Shown here in pieces: positions 9,325 to 23,800 of a stretch of DNA of 64,000 nt (positions within the stretch are counted from its first letter, which is position 1; the number at the start of each line of letters is the position of its first letter). The notes under the pieces are model-generated. The model searched no databases. It was not told the DNA's origin and saw only the letters and a list, made by a program, of their open reading frames with translations. Location: the NCBI GenBank assembly GCA_973851085.1, contig OZ316775.1:22754001-22818000 (forward strand). The letters are read 5' to 3'. The DNA comes from Ptychomitrium polyphyllum (taxonomy: Eukaryota). A program made the position numbers and the translations under genes.

Positions 9325-12300
9325 ATGGCCTCGGACTTATCTCACGTCAATGATGTGAGAGTGGAGTATATTAAGAGCAGGCGGCCTCCCAGCTCTGCCA
9401 ATGGCTCTCCTTTTAGGGCGCCATCAAATACCAATGACAACGACTTGGATAGCGACAATGGCTCGTACGTTCTTAATTCTTTGAACAATTAGTCTAAACT
9501 GAAACACTCATAGAGTTCTCTACGTCAAAGATTTTAGCCATTGATCTACAATGATTCCGAAGCGCTGAGAATAATCTTGTTCTGGTGGCAGTAACAGTAG
9601 TAGAGGCACTCGCTCAAACAGCTTCACTGGGGATACTCAGCCACAAGATCAAAACGAAAGTGCCAAAGAAGCTAATGGAGGGTAGTTCTCTTGCTCCTTT
9701 CCACTTAACGCGCAACCTTCTCTTCCAGCATACCCTTTGATACATGCTGCTCACAAATTCCCTCCTGTAGAAGCATATCTAACTCGAATGACTTCGTGCA
9801 TCACTTTGTAGCTTTTGAATGTAGACACTGAGATATGTCCTTGGTGTATCTTCTTCTGAAGCGCTGTCATGATATGACAGGCCACTATCTTAGCTGCATG
9901 TATGCACGGCATAGTTTCTTTGATCATGTAATTCTTGTAATTTCATATCCATTTTCTGTGAAAAATTGTCACAGTAAAGAAATTGGTATAGAAAATGTAG
10001 TGAAGCATATCAGGTTTCCATGGACCGCGGGAGTTGAATATCTGGCATTCTTGGATCAATTAGGGTTTTCATGTAATAGTATTAATAGTAACCGGGGGCA
10101 TTTGAATTCACAACTTCCGCGTGCGGAATTCGTTTGATCTGGTCCTTGAATATCCAATGAGGAGCGTTAATATCAACTGTTTCATACTTGCGGTGTTTGA
10201 ATTGATGTAGTAGTTAGTATATTTTGGCTTTCGTATTGCTCGAAATGATGCAGTTTTTGGTCGCATCAGCATTTGTTTCTTTTTGGATACCTTGAGATTC
10301 GGCTTCTAATTTTATGGTTGCAAGACTGTGCCTCATGGGATGGTTTGACATGTGATCAGGCCTAGTGCATTGTCAACCTCCTTGGTTCCAGAGTTGGCAG
10401 GCGCTTCGCAGATTCTAGAAAAGTATCAGGTAGAACGTTGTCTTTGTTACCTTTATCGTTTTAGCCTGATTGTTGCTAGTCATGGTGTTGGCAAGGTCAG
10501 CAGGTGGTTTTTGCATCTTTATAAAGTAATGCAAGGTTTCAGTGCCATACTCTTGGATGTTGATTGCTTCTGGCTCTGTGCAGGTGGAACCTTTTCTTAA
10601 AGCAATGCACAGGCAATTGCAGAACGGAGGGAAAAGGTCGTTCTTTGGAAAGAGGGCTGTAACTCCTCAAGGACGTGACAAGTACACACTTGAAGACATG
10701 CTATGTTTTCAGCGGGTACATCATCTCTTCACTACGCACAATAGCACGTGATGGTAATTTCTGTCTTCTGTATAAGTTATTGACGGCGGGATTTTTGTTC
10801 CAGGAACCTATTCCCACGTCTCTCTTGCGCATTAATGCAGACCTAATGAGTCGTGCCATGAAACTCTTTCAGGTAAGTTTGTCGGGTTATAAAATGGTGC
10901 ATTCAGAGTTGGATGCATTATGAGACGCTATTTATTTCTTTCCTCATTTTCTGTTCATTGTAGTCATTTGTTGATGTTTTTTCATGCTTTGCACTTGCAG
11001 GTTGTTCTTAAGTACACTGGTACAACCGATGTAGGGCCTTCAAATCCACCTACTGGACAAGATCAGATCGACCTTCTTCGGAAGCTATACAAACACACGT
11101 TGAAAAGATCCGAGCTTCGTGATGAACTATTTGCTCAGTTGGCGAAACAGACACGGAACAATCCAGATAGGTGAGTGCAAATGTATGGTAGTTATATGAT
11201 TACTGACAAGTCATTTTCTGGTAGGTTGATAGGTTTTCAATATATGGGGTGAGAAGAATAAATGGTGAAAAAGTGCTTTATACATGTACCTGCTATTTCG
11301 TCAGGGTAGGTTATTATCATCTGGCAGTATTTCTGAGTTGACAAAAGGAAAGAAAGAAAACCAACTGCATGTTCCTTTCAACTAGAATTCTTTGATGACT
11401 GTTCTGCACTCGCTTCAGATAAGCACTTTCGTGATTATTAGGCGAGAGTCTTTTTGGGTGTCCCAGGAGTTTTGACTTCAGAATGATCATGTCTTAGTTT
11501 TTTGACTCAAATTTTGCATGGCCTTTGAGTAATCTCGATGTCATCAGATTCATTTGCGTGTGAATACCCTATTTATGAAGATCTTTTACATTGTGATAGG
11601 ACAAGCCTGTTAAAGACATGGGAGCTTTTGTATATGTGCTCTTCAGCAATGCCTCCTGGAAAAGAATTTGGCACATATTTATCAGAATACGTTCATGAGG
11701 TGGCCAATTCACCTTCAGTGGAACCTTCTTTGCAAATGCTTGCTCTGAATACCTGGAATGCGTTGAATCGGTCTGTTAAAGGAGGGCCTCGACGGGTAGA
11801 TCCAGCTCCGGAAGAGATAGAGGCATTATTGGAAGGACGGAAGCTTACTACCATAGCCTTCTTCTTGGATGAGACATTTGAAGATATTACCTACGACATG
11901 ACGACAACTGTTTCAGATGCTGTTGAGGTAGTCTTAACCTATTTTACCAAAAGAGAGTTCCGTTTATCTGTGGATTTTTTAGGGGTTTTCTGTGATCTGT
12001 GATTTATAAAGCATGCAGCTGTCTCTCTTAGGTGAAACTCATGGTTGACTGATGGTTGTGTCTAAAACTTACTGGGTGTCCACCAACAACAGCATTTGAA
12101 ACTCGCTCAAAGTGTCATATTTATCAATAACATAAGCTTAGATAGGGGTATGACTGTAACTATTGGTTTTCGTATACTGTATTCTTGATCTTAAGTGGGG
12201 TTATCCTTTTGACAGGAATTGGCAGGCATCATCAAATTATCCTCTTACAGTACTTTCAGTCTCTTTGAATGCCGGAAAAGTTTGAATGGGTCGAGATCTC

Positions 12301-15300
12301 TTGATTCTACTGTTGGTATGTATTTGTGATTTCCTTTTTGTTGATACTGCCGCTAGATGTATTTTCTGATTTTGACTGCAGCGGTCTAGATGAGGCTGAA
12401 CTGTAGGTGTGCTTGAGGTTTCTAGCTGGCATGTTGTTCCTGTATGAGAGATGTGAGGCAGTTTTTTTATCGCCTGTTTCTGATTTTCTTTTCACTTGTC
12501 AATTACTTTCAGAGGAGCACGTAGGATTGGACGATAACAAGTACATAGGAGACATCCTAACAGAAGTCAAGTTGTCTCGAGATCGTAGCAAGGGTGAGCT
12601 TTTCCAGAGTAAGCTACTGTTCAAGAAACGATTATTTCGCGAATCTGACGAGGCCATTACTGAGCCAATGTTCGTTCAGTTGTCCTACATCCAGGTATGT
12701 CCTGATGCTTGAATTTTCATCTAACAAGGTCTTATTTCATGTTGCAGGGTATACCAAGCTTTAAAGAGAATGGCGTTTCTTATGAATTGAGTGGTTTGCT
12801 GCAGTCCCAACATGACTACCTTCTAGGAAATTACCCCGTTGGTAGGGAAGATGCAGCACAATTAGCCGCATTGCAGATTATAGCAGACGTTGGATCCATA
12901 CCCAATCCTGAAACAAACACGTAAGCGTTGAAATTCGATTTTTTAGTAAGGAGTAGGAGAGGGCATGTTGCTCAGATGGATGATTTCCCTTTTAGGATTA
13001 TTCGATAGTTTTGATGATGTATGGTGCCGAAAAGTTTAAAGAGGGCTTTAATACTCTTCAGATGCACCGTGATGGTTTTTTCTTTTCTGATTTTGCCTTT
13101 TTGGGCAAAATATAGGGTTTATGTGCTCTGTACTGAGAATTTGTTCGTTCGTTACCTTTGCAGGGAGTGGAATGCAATGCTAGATCGCTGTCTGCCCAAG
13201 CAGGTAGCAGTAACTCGCAACAAACGAGATTGGGACCAGGACATACTGAACCGCTATCGGGCATTGGTGAGTACTCTGCCTTTGAGCTTCTGTATCTATA
13301 TGTATCTGATGTATTGATAATTCAGAGTCTATGATGAATTTATACATCACATTGTCAACTTGAAGTAGGTTCTACAATAATTTAGAGTTAAGTCAAGCAG
13401 GTATCTAACAAACTGTATATTATTCATTGTGATGGGGTACTCTGATTCAGGCACACTTCTCTAAAGATGACGCCAAACAGCAACTTCTTCGTATCTTGCG
13501 GGGACTGCCATATGGTAACTCAGTCTTTTTTAGTGTGCGGAGGATTGAAGACCCTATTGGACTATTGCCAGGGAGGATTATTCTCGGAATTAATAAGCGA
13601 GGGGTAAGTTCTGTTTCCCATTATCCAAGTGGTCTTACTTTTCTCAGGCTTCAGTTCGAGGTCATCTATTGAGCTCTTCATGTTCCCTGTTCATGGTTTA
13701 GTTTTTTTTCCATGCTTATCTCGCCAATTAGATTACACTAATAATCCGGTTTGTTGAGGAGCTTACATGTTTTAATTTATTATCTGTTAACCATTATTTT
13801 GATTGTTTTATCTTACAGGTGCATTTTTTCAGGCCAGTGCCAAAGGAGTATTTGCACTCTGCTGAGCTCCGTGATATTATGCAATTTGGCAGTAGTAATA
13901 CTGCAGTCTTTTTCAAAATGAGAGTTGCAGGCGTCCTTCATATTTTTCAGTTTGAATCAAAGCAGGTAACTACCTGACGTGTCAATTGTTATGGACATCT
14001 CCTAGCTTCTATGGGGAGACCTTTTGCTCAAACGTAAATTACAATCTTGTGTTTATCTGGAACAGATTCTGAAACATGTCTGCAAAGTGTACGGTCAGTG
14101 ATTATTTACTTGTGGGAATCATATTTAAACAGGGAGAGGACATATGTGTTGCACTGCAAACACATATAAATGACGTAATGTTGCGGAGGTATTCAAGAAC
14201 ACGCAATGTGCCGAATGGGCAGACGCAAGGAACTGAGACGACTGCTGCACCAACTCTCAAACCTCCAGGCATTGAAGTGTACGAGAAGCACGTAAAGGAA
14301 ATGTCCAAGTTACTAGAAGAATCTCAAAGGAAAATTGATCAGGCAATCCATCTATATCAAGCTTCTTATGCACTCAAATAATTTCTCTTTTTAGCAGTTT
14401 CATATTGATGAGTTATGGATTTATTATGTTATATATCAGTGCTGGTCGGATTGGGATTTGGTGTTCTAAAATCTTATTAACAATGAGTAGATCTATGAAC
14501 AATGAAGGTGCTGCAGGTCAAGAATATTGGCCTGTTGGGTTTATATTACCTGCTCACACTTGTACAAACTTATCAGGAAAATTATGTTAGGTTCTAAAAA
14601 CATGTGTTGCTAGAGAATTGTGATGTTCTTACTGTTTCCACTTGCAGCTTGCGGAAGAGCTTCGTTTAAAAGAGAAGAGAGAGACACAGGTGATGGAGGA
14701 ACTGGCAGGACTTCGTGACTCACTGCGTTCAGAGGAGCAAATAAGATCAGAACTTTCTGAAGAGAGAGAGCGATTAGCCAAGCAGCTTGCGGACTTGGAA
14801 GCAGCTTTGCAGGTTCAACTCTTTCCGCTGAAACATTCTTTCTATTTTCAGGTTTAGGTGGCGTTTCTTATTTCTGACAATGTTAAAGGGTTCTTGCTTT
14901 TGGGGATGTTTCTGACAAGATAATGGTGACGGACCTTGAATGACAGGCAACACTAGCTGAAAAGGCAATTTTGGCATCAGGTACAAGCAGCCAGGCGAGT
15001 GAAGATGCAGTATCTGATATTGGTACAGATGTGGATACACCTAGAAGAATAGGGACGCCTCGAGGAATTCGAAGAGAGCGAGATTTGCCACCTGCCGGAC
15101 AAAGAGACAAATACAGCGAACAAATTCGAAATTTGGAGACTCAGGTACTATTCATCGCATTGAGGCACCACATATGCTGGTAAACGCCTAGAGAGGAGCC
15201 ATTTATATTTTATATTATGGTCGCTTCTTGCACATGTTGAACTTGAATTTTATTCTTGCTTTGTTTCTGAACGTTTGCCTCCTAGAATTTTCGATTTTGT

Positions 15301-18300
15301 TGACGTTAGTTTCCTCTCTGGTTCTGGTTTTCTTATGGGCTTATCAGACGAACGTATTGGTGTCCTGTTTGATGTTAGATATAGTACTTTAATAGATTTT
15401 GGGTCCTGGTTTTTTTGTCTAACTCTAGGTTAGGGAATTGCGCAATGAGTTGAGAGTTAAGACGGAGGAGTTACGGAACAAGGAAGAAAGGGTCAAGAAC
15501 CTTACAAGAGAGAAGCAGCTTCTTGAGCAAAAAGTATCTCGTCTTGAGAGAAACAAGACTGAAGAGGTAAAACGAAGTATTTGCAGGTTGTTGAAAAGTG
15601 TTTCTCTGATTTGCTTCAATGCCGCCTATGTGGAAATGCCAGTGTCTTCAAAGTCGTTGTGTTCCCAGTCTGCAATCTTAGGCTTAGTCTTTTATCAACT
15701 CTATTATCTTTCGATTGTATATGTGGTTTTAGCTGCATTATGCTTCTACCAAGGATCAATCTGCTGTGTCAAAGCACTTGTCCACCATGGACCTTGTCGA
15801 AGTTCTTACAGTTTCTTGTTGTTTGGATCAGACACGTCTAATAGAGGAGAAATTTGATTTTGAAAGAGATGGTCTGAGGGGACGTCTTGTAGTTCTGGAG
15901 AAGAAGTTAGCAGAGCGAACACAAGATTTGAGTCTTGCGGAAACCACGCTTGCAACCCGGGAGAGTGAATTCGAGTCACTGCAAAGCAGTCTCTTGGAGC
16001 TTAATGAGCTTCGGGAAATGAAAGAGGTAGGGACATGTTATAGACCTTGATGTATTTGAAGTGCTAGTGGAGTTGAACTTGGATGTCGTAACCTACTGTC
16101 GTAACCTACTGATGCCATCATTTTTAAACCAGAAGTATGGACCACTAAGGTCTTGGCATAGGAAGGTTGTAAATCTGCTAGCTAGTAGAGAAGATTATTT
16201 TTAATTTGTACTTCTGCAATTGACACATGATCTCCTTTTGTCTGCAGGACATAGACAGAAAGAACGAGCAAACAGCAGCTATTTTAAAGCGACAAGCAGA
16301 TCAGATAACTGAATTAGAATCACTATATAGAGAAGAACAAGTTCTTCGAAAACGATACTTCAATATGATGGAAGGTATAATACTTTGTTTGCATTTTTGT
16401 TGTAAAGTTCTGTTGTCTTTTTCGTAACTATAGCTCGTTGCTGCCAACATGCGAAAAACTGGAACTACAGTAACGAAACTTATGATACTCATGCGAGATT
16501 GCAGACATGAAGGGTAAGATAAGGGTGTATGCTCGGTGGAGACCTCTGAGTAGCAAGGAAGTCCGAGAGCGGCAACAAAATGTGCTGATAGCGCCTGATG
16601 AATTCACCATCGAACATCCGTGGAAAGATGACAAACCCAAGCAACATCAGTTTGATCATGTTTTTGATCATCATGCATCCCAAGAAGAAGTCTTTGAGGA
16701 TACAAAGGTATCTGAATAAGAGATTCAGTTGATGCAATTTAATATTGAATGTCACCCTGCTTGTGTCTATTGGGCTCTAGAAATGTAAGAAACCAGTGTA
16801 GAGCTCTTGAATGTGCTCCCAGTGTCAAGGATTACATCACTTTCCTTTTGTAAATCCTGCGAATTTGACATGAACTTATTGTTTGCAGTATTTGGTCCAA
16901 TCAGCGATTGATGGTTATAATGTCTGTATATTTGCATACGGACAAACTGGTTCTGGAAAAACTTTTACAATTTATGGATCCGACGATAACCCAGGCCTTA
17001 CACCACGAGCTACGAAAGAGCTTTTTTGCTATCTTAAGCGGGACGCTAACAAGTTTTCGTTTGCTTTGAAGGTACTATCATGTCTTGCTTGTGAATCCAT
17101 CAAGCCATGAGTTTTTCTGGTAAACGTTTGTAGGAGTTGCATCTTCTTAAAGCAGTGCCGTTTTTTTTTGATGATCTGGAATTGTCTGATAAACGCCGGA
17201 AATCCTTGAACCTGATGCGGTTAGTTTTTGCATGGGTGCAGGTTTACATGCTAGAAATTTACCAAGATTCGCTCATTGACCTGCTTTTGCCAAAGAATGC
17301 TGGAAAGCAACGAAAGCTTGAGATTAAGAAGGACTCTAAGGTGACAAAAGTTCATTGCACTAATAAGTTTGGATCGATTTATGTATTTAGCATCATTTTT
17401 TGTGCTTATTTCAGGTTTGAAATGTTGTACATGCAATGAGTTGGATGAATGGTTAACAAACATAGATATGACATTGTTTCTTGCAATTTCATCGGCATGT
17501 TGAACATGTCACACTAAGGAAAACATCTGATTCACCATGAGATTCTTGATCTTCTTACACTCTTTCGTATTTTGCAGGGGATGGTGGTAGTGGAGAATGC
17601 CACGTTATTGCCTATATCGTCCCATGATGAACTGGAAGCAATTGTACACAAAGGTTTGGAGAGGCGGCATACATCAGGCACTCAAATGAATGCGGAGAGT
17701 TCCCGGTCACACCTCATTCTATCAGTAATTGTTGAGAGCACCAACCGGCAGTCTCAAGTTCTCGTGAAGGGCAAGGTTTGCTGCTGCTCCCAAATTGAAG
17801 CTAACGGATCTTTTAATGGTTTATGTGGAGTTCAATCTGAATTTGAGGAATGAGTCTGGACAAGCTTGAGTAATCACGTATTTGGGATTTGTGTTTTAAC
17901 AGATGTATGCTTCTAAATTTGTATGTCTTGTTTGGGAATGGTGTTCGACATATCTATCATATTTTTGAATTGACCAAGTTCTCTAATTATTCGCCATATA
18001 TTTATGACTGTCAAATGTTTTCTGAACAGTTGAGCTTCGTGGATCTTGCGGGCTCGGAAAGGGTGAAGAAATCTGGATCTAGCGGTGAACAATTGAAGGA
18101 GGCACAAAGCATTAACAAATCATTATCAGCGTTAGGTGATGTCATCAGCGCTCTTGCAACGGAGGAGCAGCATATTCCTTACCGTAACCACAAGTTGACA
18201 ATGCTCATGAGCGATTCTTTGGGTGGAAATGCAAAAACCCTCATGTTTGTAAATATCTCACCAGCAGAGTCCAACCTGGATGAGACCCATAATTCCCTCT

Positions 18301-18656
18301 GGTAAGGAATCTGATTGGCCTAGCCTTGTCACTTCCTCTTAATTTTCTACCAGTTTTCTGTATTGTCTTGACTGTGAAGTTTAGATTAGCTTTTAGTGTT
18401 TGGTGGTAGATATCTTTGACACATGACGATACATTCTTAGACTGGTTGTTGTGCCTGACCTGGTTTACGTACTGGCAGCTATGCAACCAGGGTGAGGTCT
18501 ATCATCAACGAAGCCAGCAAGAACACAACGACGAAAGAGATACTGCGACTGAAAAAGCAAATCGCGTACTGGAAGGAGCAAGCAGGCAGGATGGGAGGAT
18601 CAGAGGATCTTGAGGAGATTATGGATGATCGTGTGATAAAAAATGAATCGAATTAA
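9325..18656 (+). CDS. KCBP: Kinesin-like calmodulin-binding protein (kinesin-14; MyTH4-FERM-coiled coil-C-terminal motor-CaM-binding helix), >20 exons
   Basis: MyTH4 ([28 protein letters not shown]). FERM ([51 protein letters not shown]). Coiled coil. Motor motifs [20 protein letters not shown] (~16930-16965), [27 protein letters not shown]. Final exon 18479-18656 encodes [18 protein letters not shown] (CaM-binding). ATG at 9325 inferred; first exon phases are consistent. Confidence 0.97.
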
Positions 18657-20863
18657 GTCAGTTCTAGCTGAGATAGATCTAGTATGGTAGATTAGAACAA
18701 GATTCCGGCATGGTGCTTGTAATCAGAGCATGCATAGTTTTGAGTGTGAATATTTCTCAATCTCCGAGTCAGATGGACTCTCATTATGACTGGCTAGTTG
18801 AATTGAGGAGTGTAAGGTAGAAATTAGCTGACTTCAAAAAGGTTGGCTTTTCCCTCACTTTTAATTAGAGGGTTCCTTATTTTGAATTGTGAGGCCTAAA
18901 CGAGGCAGCTAGTGAAACTTCTCCGACTGGAGTTTGACTGGTGGTCCATTGTTGAGAATTTTTGTAGTTTGAAGTCCCCAATCTCAGTTCGTCAATTCAA
19001 TTTGATCATTAACGACTTCGGCTATGTGTGAGCACTATTGGTGACGATCATCCTGGTTGTCTTGTCAGAATTGATTAATTCCAGAAATGTCTAATCAGCT
19101 CATTATGTGCTTACTGCACTCTTGACTTGTGAAATTCCAGCTCTTCTGAGATTGGCATAACATCGCATCTCAGCACATCTTCTCCACATCTTAGAATATC
19201 AAATCCTCCAAATCAGTGCTGTGGATGCACAGCAGTAATGCATGGAACAATACTAGCCTGTGAGTCTTGGTTTATGAAATATAATTATGGTTGATACTTG
19301 TTCTGTGGACCAGGGTTGTGGCACTGGAGCTCCCATTCTCGCCTGGTGAATTACCATCTCCTGATTTTCTACAGGCAACCTTTCTCTTCACTTACTGAGC
19401 ACTCCACGGCAAACCTGGTTCACAAATGTATCTGGCGTTGGGGTTGCAGTAACAGGCACAGAAAGACTCGGAGGGCCTTACCAAGGGGGGTTATAAATAC
19501 CCAATATATTATCATGAGGCTATGTATATCTATTCTAGCCATCCAAAATAGTTGAGTAACATATTTTTCATCCATGTTTTATACTTCCCTGCTTTCATCG
19601 AAATTTCACTAATTTATCCAAAATTTTACAAAAATGATTTGGTTCCTAAGTGAGGAATTTTGTACATTCGAGGCAATGAAATCCATGCCATGGAGAAATC
19701 ATATTGGTGGTAGTGTGCAGTGGTATCGCAAGCTCTCCTTCAGGACAGCCGGCTTGGTGGAGAATGCATTTGTCTTGTCTGATAATCTCATATACAAATG
19801 CTTGGGCATCTTTTGTCTATGTGGACGAAGGTCAATGTGTCAATACGAGGACACCTTCTAATGCAATGAAATGCTCTTTTTATATGCTCTTTGTTGCCAG
19901 AGTGGAATCATCAGGAAGGTGGAGATAGGAATGGTTGGGTCATTATCATTGCTGGAGATAGCAATAGCAATCGTGAGGCTTCATTACATTTATGTCTACT
20001 GAATCGACCTATCAATGAATATTCGAACTGAATTGTTGTGATCTATAATACATTTAGTACCTTACAGGAGAATGTTAATATCTCCTATGGCAACCAGTTA
20101 ACAATGTCGGATACTGTTTTTATGAAAGGTTCGTGTTGCGATTGTGGAGTCCAGAGAACGTTTCGGCTCCAAGCTATGGATTCTTTTTCGCGAATGCGCA
20201 ACGTTCTTTTCCATGTCCATGCCGGAAGGATTTTATAGAACTCTGCCGACAAAATATTCTTGGCATTCTGGTTCATGCGCAAATATAGACGCATTGCGAC
20301 GTTGCAAGGAACCGGAGTGGCAGTCTCAGGCTCAGATTTGAAGATCGTAGAGAGCATGCATCCTGTAGGTTGGCGTTGCGGTGGTAAGAGTTTTTCGAAT
20401 ATGGGATTGGAACAAACTGGATTCGGGCTCGTCGACCTTGATTATCCACCAGGATTACATTGGTACTTACTCTCCTGTGCTCACTGATGTGGATTCTGGT
20501 TTTGTGTGATGTCCTGCATCTCTTACGAATATGGTGCAAGTTCAACCTGAATATTTTTCATGATTACATGAAAGATTACAGATGATGGAGGCTGATGGTT
20601 GGCAGATTATGATAAACTTTTAGGTTTAGGAGTTGAAAAAGGAGCAGAACAGAAATTGAATCACTTTAATGGATGATTCTTGCCTTCAATTAGGCGTGGT
20701 CTGTGTAGAGGTGGTTATCAGCCTTCACACTTCACACCCATGTGCGTATGTTGGAGACCAAGTTCTTGCTTTGCTGCAACAGGATCGGTGTCCTTGCAAC
20801 CAACTCTCAACTCCTTGTTCAACATGAGTTGAGGGCGTGGAGTGCGCTTTGAGGATTGTGCAC

Positions 20864-23800
20864 ATGGCCATGTTCTTCAGAGGCCAGAAGGGCTCGCCTG
20901 TGCCGCTGGAGTTTGATTTATTTTTGGAGGATATCAAGCCTTGGACTTCAGCTCAGGCGCAAAGTGATGGAGCAGTCATCCCCTTGCTACTAGCTTGGCG
21001 TCGAGGCAGCAAGCACTATGGCAGCACGAAGAGAGTATTGCCTTCGGTTGACGGTTCCGATGGTGGCAAAGTTGTTTTTAACGAGAGTTTCAAACTTCCT
21101 GCCACTCTATTCGTGAGGAAAACTGGAGGTTTCCTGAAGAAGAGTGTGACCTTTGCGTTACTTGAAGACGAGGGTTCAAAAGCGGTGAAGATTTCCAGGC
21201 AACTCGCCACTGGAGAGCTCGACTTGTCTCAGTTCGGGAAATCTGCTGAAGCGTGCAGTACTAGCATACCCTTGTCCATTGGACTACGAGGAACTCACAC
21301 TGAAGGGGACCCCACATTGTTCTTAAGGGTCTCCACTAGTGAGAGATTTGCTTCATCTTCCTCAAAGTTCCCTGCAAGGCTTTCTTCTGAAGGGAGACCA
21401 GATATTCCTCAGGAAACAAGCTACTTTCTGTCGGAAAGCGACGATTCGGAAGAAGAAGAAATCGACAATGAAGAGTCTCCTCGGTCCTTAGATGATGAAT
21501 CAATGAATGCCGAAGCAAAAGCGGCAATCAAACGAGAGATTCTATTTTCACCACATGCAGTTCCACCAACTGCATTGATTTTCCCGAATTCCGTCAGTGC
21601 TCGAGAAAGGCCAGCCTCACCTCCTAGTTTATCCGATGGTCAAAGTTCCGGCCGCAGCTTCTCTGATGCAAAGGTATAGACGTATACACTCTTGCTAATC
21701 TTGTTCATATATACAGGAGCTCCATCAGCTGCCACCATAATTTATTTGGCTATTGTACGAACTGTGGGTTGACACTGTTCTTCCGTCTACCTATGGTTCA
21801 GTGACGATCTTTAATGTAACCTCTGTAAGGACGGTAGTTTAGTAACTGCTGATAGATACAAGGTTTTGAAATCGTCCTTTGGTCGTTGATGTGTATGGCG
21901 TAGTCATCAAGGAGTTTCCTACTAGATTCGTACTTGGCGTGATGATTCTAGGTTGGTGGAGAAACAAGGAAGAAGAAGGTTGAGTCACTAAAATGGTCAG
22001 AGGAGGAGAAGAGGCAAATCTTGATAAGCCTCTCAGAACCTCGAAAATCTTTAGCTGCAGCTGCAAAAACTCTCGATAAGGCAGCGGCCTCCGCTGCGAA
22101 AAGTGTGAAGGCAGCAAGGGTATCCTTTGGAAAGAGTGTTGAATCACCGAGACGTTCGTTTACAGATAAGAGCCTTGAAGGAGTGAGAAATTCTTATGCT
22201 GGGAAGGACAATGAACCCGTGGCAGCATCAGCTGAAACTTACAGGATGGCTGATGCAGCAGCAGCATCAGCTGCAAAGACGGTTGAAGAGGCAACCGCCT
22301 TTCTTGGAAACTCTGTCGTTGCAGCTGCTGCCGTTTATGCAGCAAAGCAGATTTCTCTGAGTAAGGATGGTCGACCATCCAATGGCTCAATTCAAGAATT
22401 GCCTCCATCAAGAAGCTCAACATCACCTCCACCTAATTCTGGAGGCAATCTTGACCTATCGGAATCACGGCAAACTAATCCTGTAGCGGCTCCAATCTCT
22501 CCACCTCCACAACCCGTCGCGGTTTCTTGCAACGAGAAGACCGACTCAGAAACGAAAGGACCTGATGCAGAGGACCCAAATGATGAAAAAAAAGCTCTCC
22601 TAAGGGAAGCGAAGACAAAGTTTGCCATGATTGAGAGGCGAACCTTAGAGGAGTTAAGGTCAAAAGCTGCAGCGGCAGAGGCGAACGAGAAGAAGGGGAA
22701 GGAAATAGTCCGCGGTTTGGAAGAGAAATTGTTGAAACGCGAAGACGAGTTGAGGGACACAGCCGCTATTGAAGCTGCCCTATATTCAGTAATCGCTGAG
22801 CATACCAGTTCCTCTCACAAGGTACACACTCCTGCTCGCCGCCTCGCACGACTCTACTTGTACGCATTCAAAAATTGCAGCCCCGAAAGACGTGCGAGCG
22901 CAGCCAGAAACTCTGTCCTTGGCTTGGTCGTGGCTGTCCGCGCCAGTGGAAACGATGTTCCAAGGTGCGTCTCCTTCCACAAGGACTCTAAGGGCGCTTG
23001 CCTTGTCCAATGCTCGACTAATATCTGTATGATACTCAAATGATACCCTTGACATACAGTATAACAGAAAGATTCCCTTCTCTTAAAGTTCATGAGCTTA
23101 ACTAATGAACTAACCTCAGCCCTCAACAACCTCAGTTACAATTTCTCGTCTTCTGAAGAGTTTTTTCCAAAGAAAGGAAGGTGGATCTAAGGTCGGTTGT
23201 TGAAGTGAACTCAACAGGATGACGTACTGGTGGTCGAACATCGTTGTCCTCAGAGAATCAATCATGCAGGCTTGCACTGTGGAGGCTACAGGAGACTCTG
23301 GTAGTCCCACAACGAGCGGTAGTGACAACAGCTTTGCTGACCGTGCAAAGCGGTCTCAGCAGCTACGGAAGAGGATCAGGCAAGGGAGTTTCAGTGGGAT
23401 TTTGGGTTTTAAAATCTTCAACAACGAGTGGAAGGACTGTAATACTTACGTCGTGGCGCTCTTGAAAGTGGAGACATGGGTATACGGAAGGATACTTGAG
23501 TGTGTGTGGTGGCAGGTAAACAACCACACCAGATCTCGATTTTAAGTGAACGAATCTCTTACCATAACCGCTTCGCAGCTTCTCTCACTTACATCTTCAT
23601 CTGCTACTCTTGCATCCCGCATCCCGCATCTAACGGCAGATCAGCTGCATAGCACTGTTGAGTTGCTAGCAGAGACCTTGAGAAAGAATTTCTGAATATG
23701 AAGTTTTACCTGCATGTGAGAAATCAAGAGACTTCCTGACTAATTTTCCTTTGTGTGCGTAGGCTATGGCTCCACCAATGCAGGTTGGAGGCGGTGACAC

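Noticed and set aside
16084..16111. 13-bp tandem duplication TGTCGTAACCTAC in a KCBP intron
   Set aside because: A single small duplication, consistent with ordinary slippage or repair. Similar ones occur at ~2041, ~28296 and ~32889.
18700..20800. Short ORFs and possible ncRNA between KCBP and the NT-C2 gene
   Set aside because: No tRNA, rRNA, snRNA or known miRNA motif recognised. It is most likely UTR and promoter sequence.
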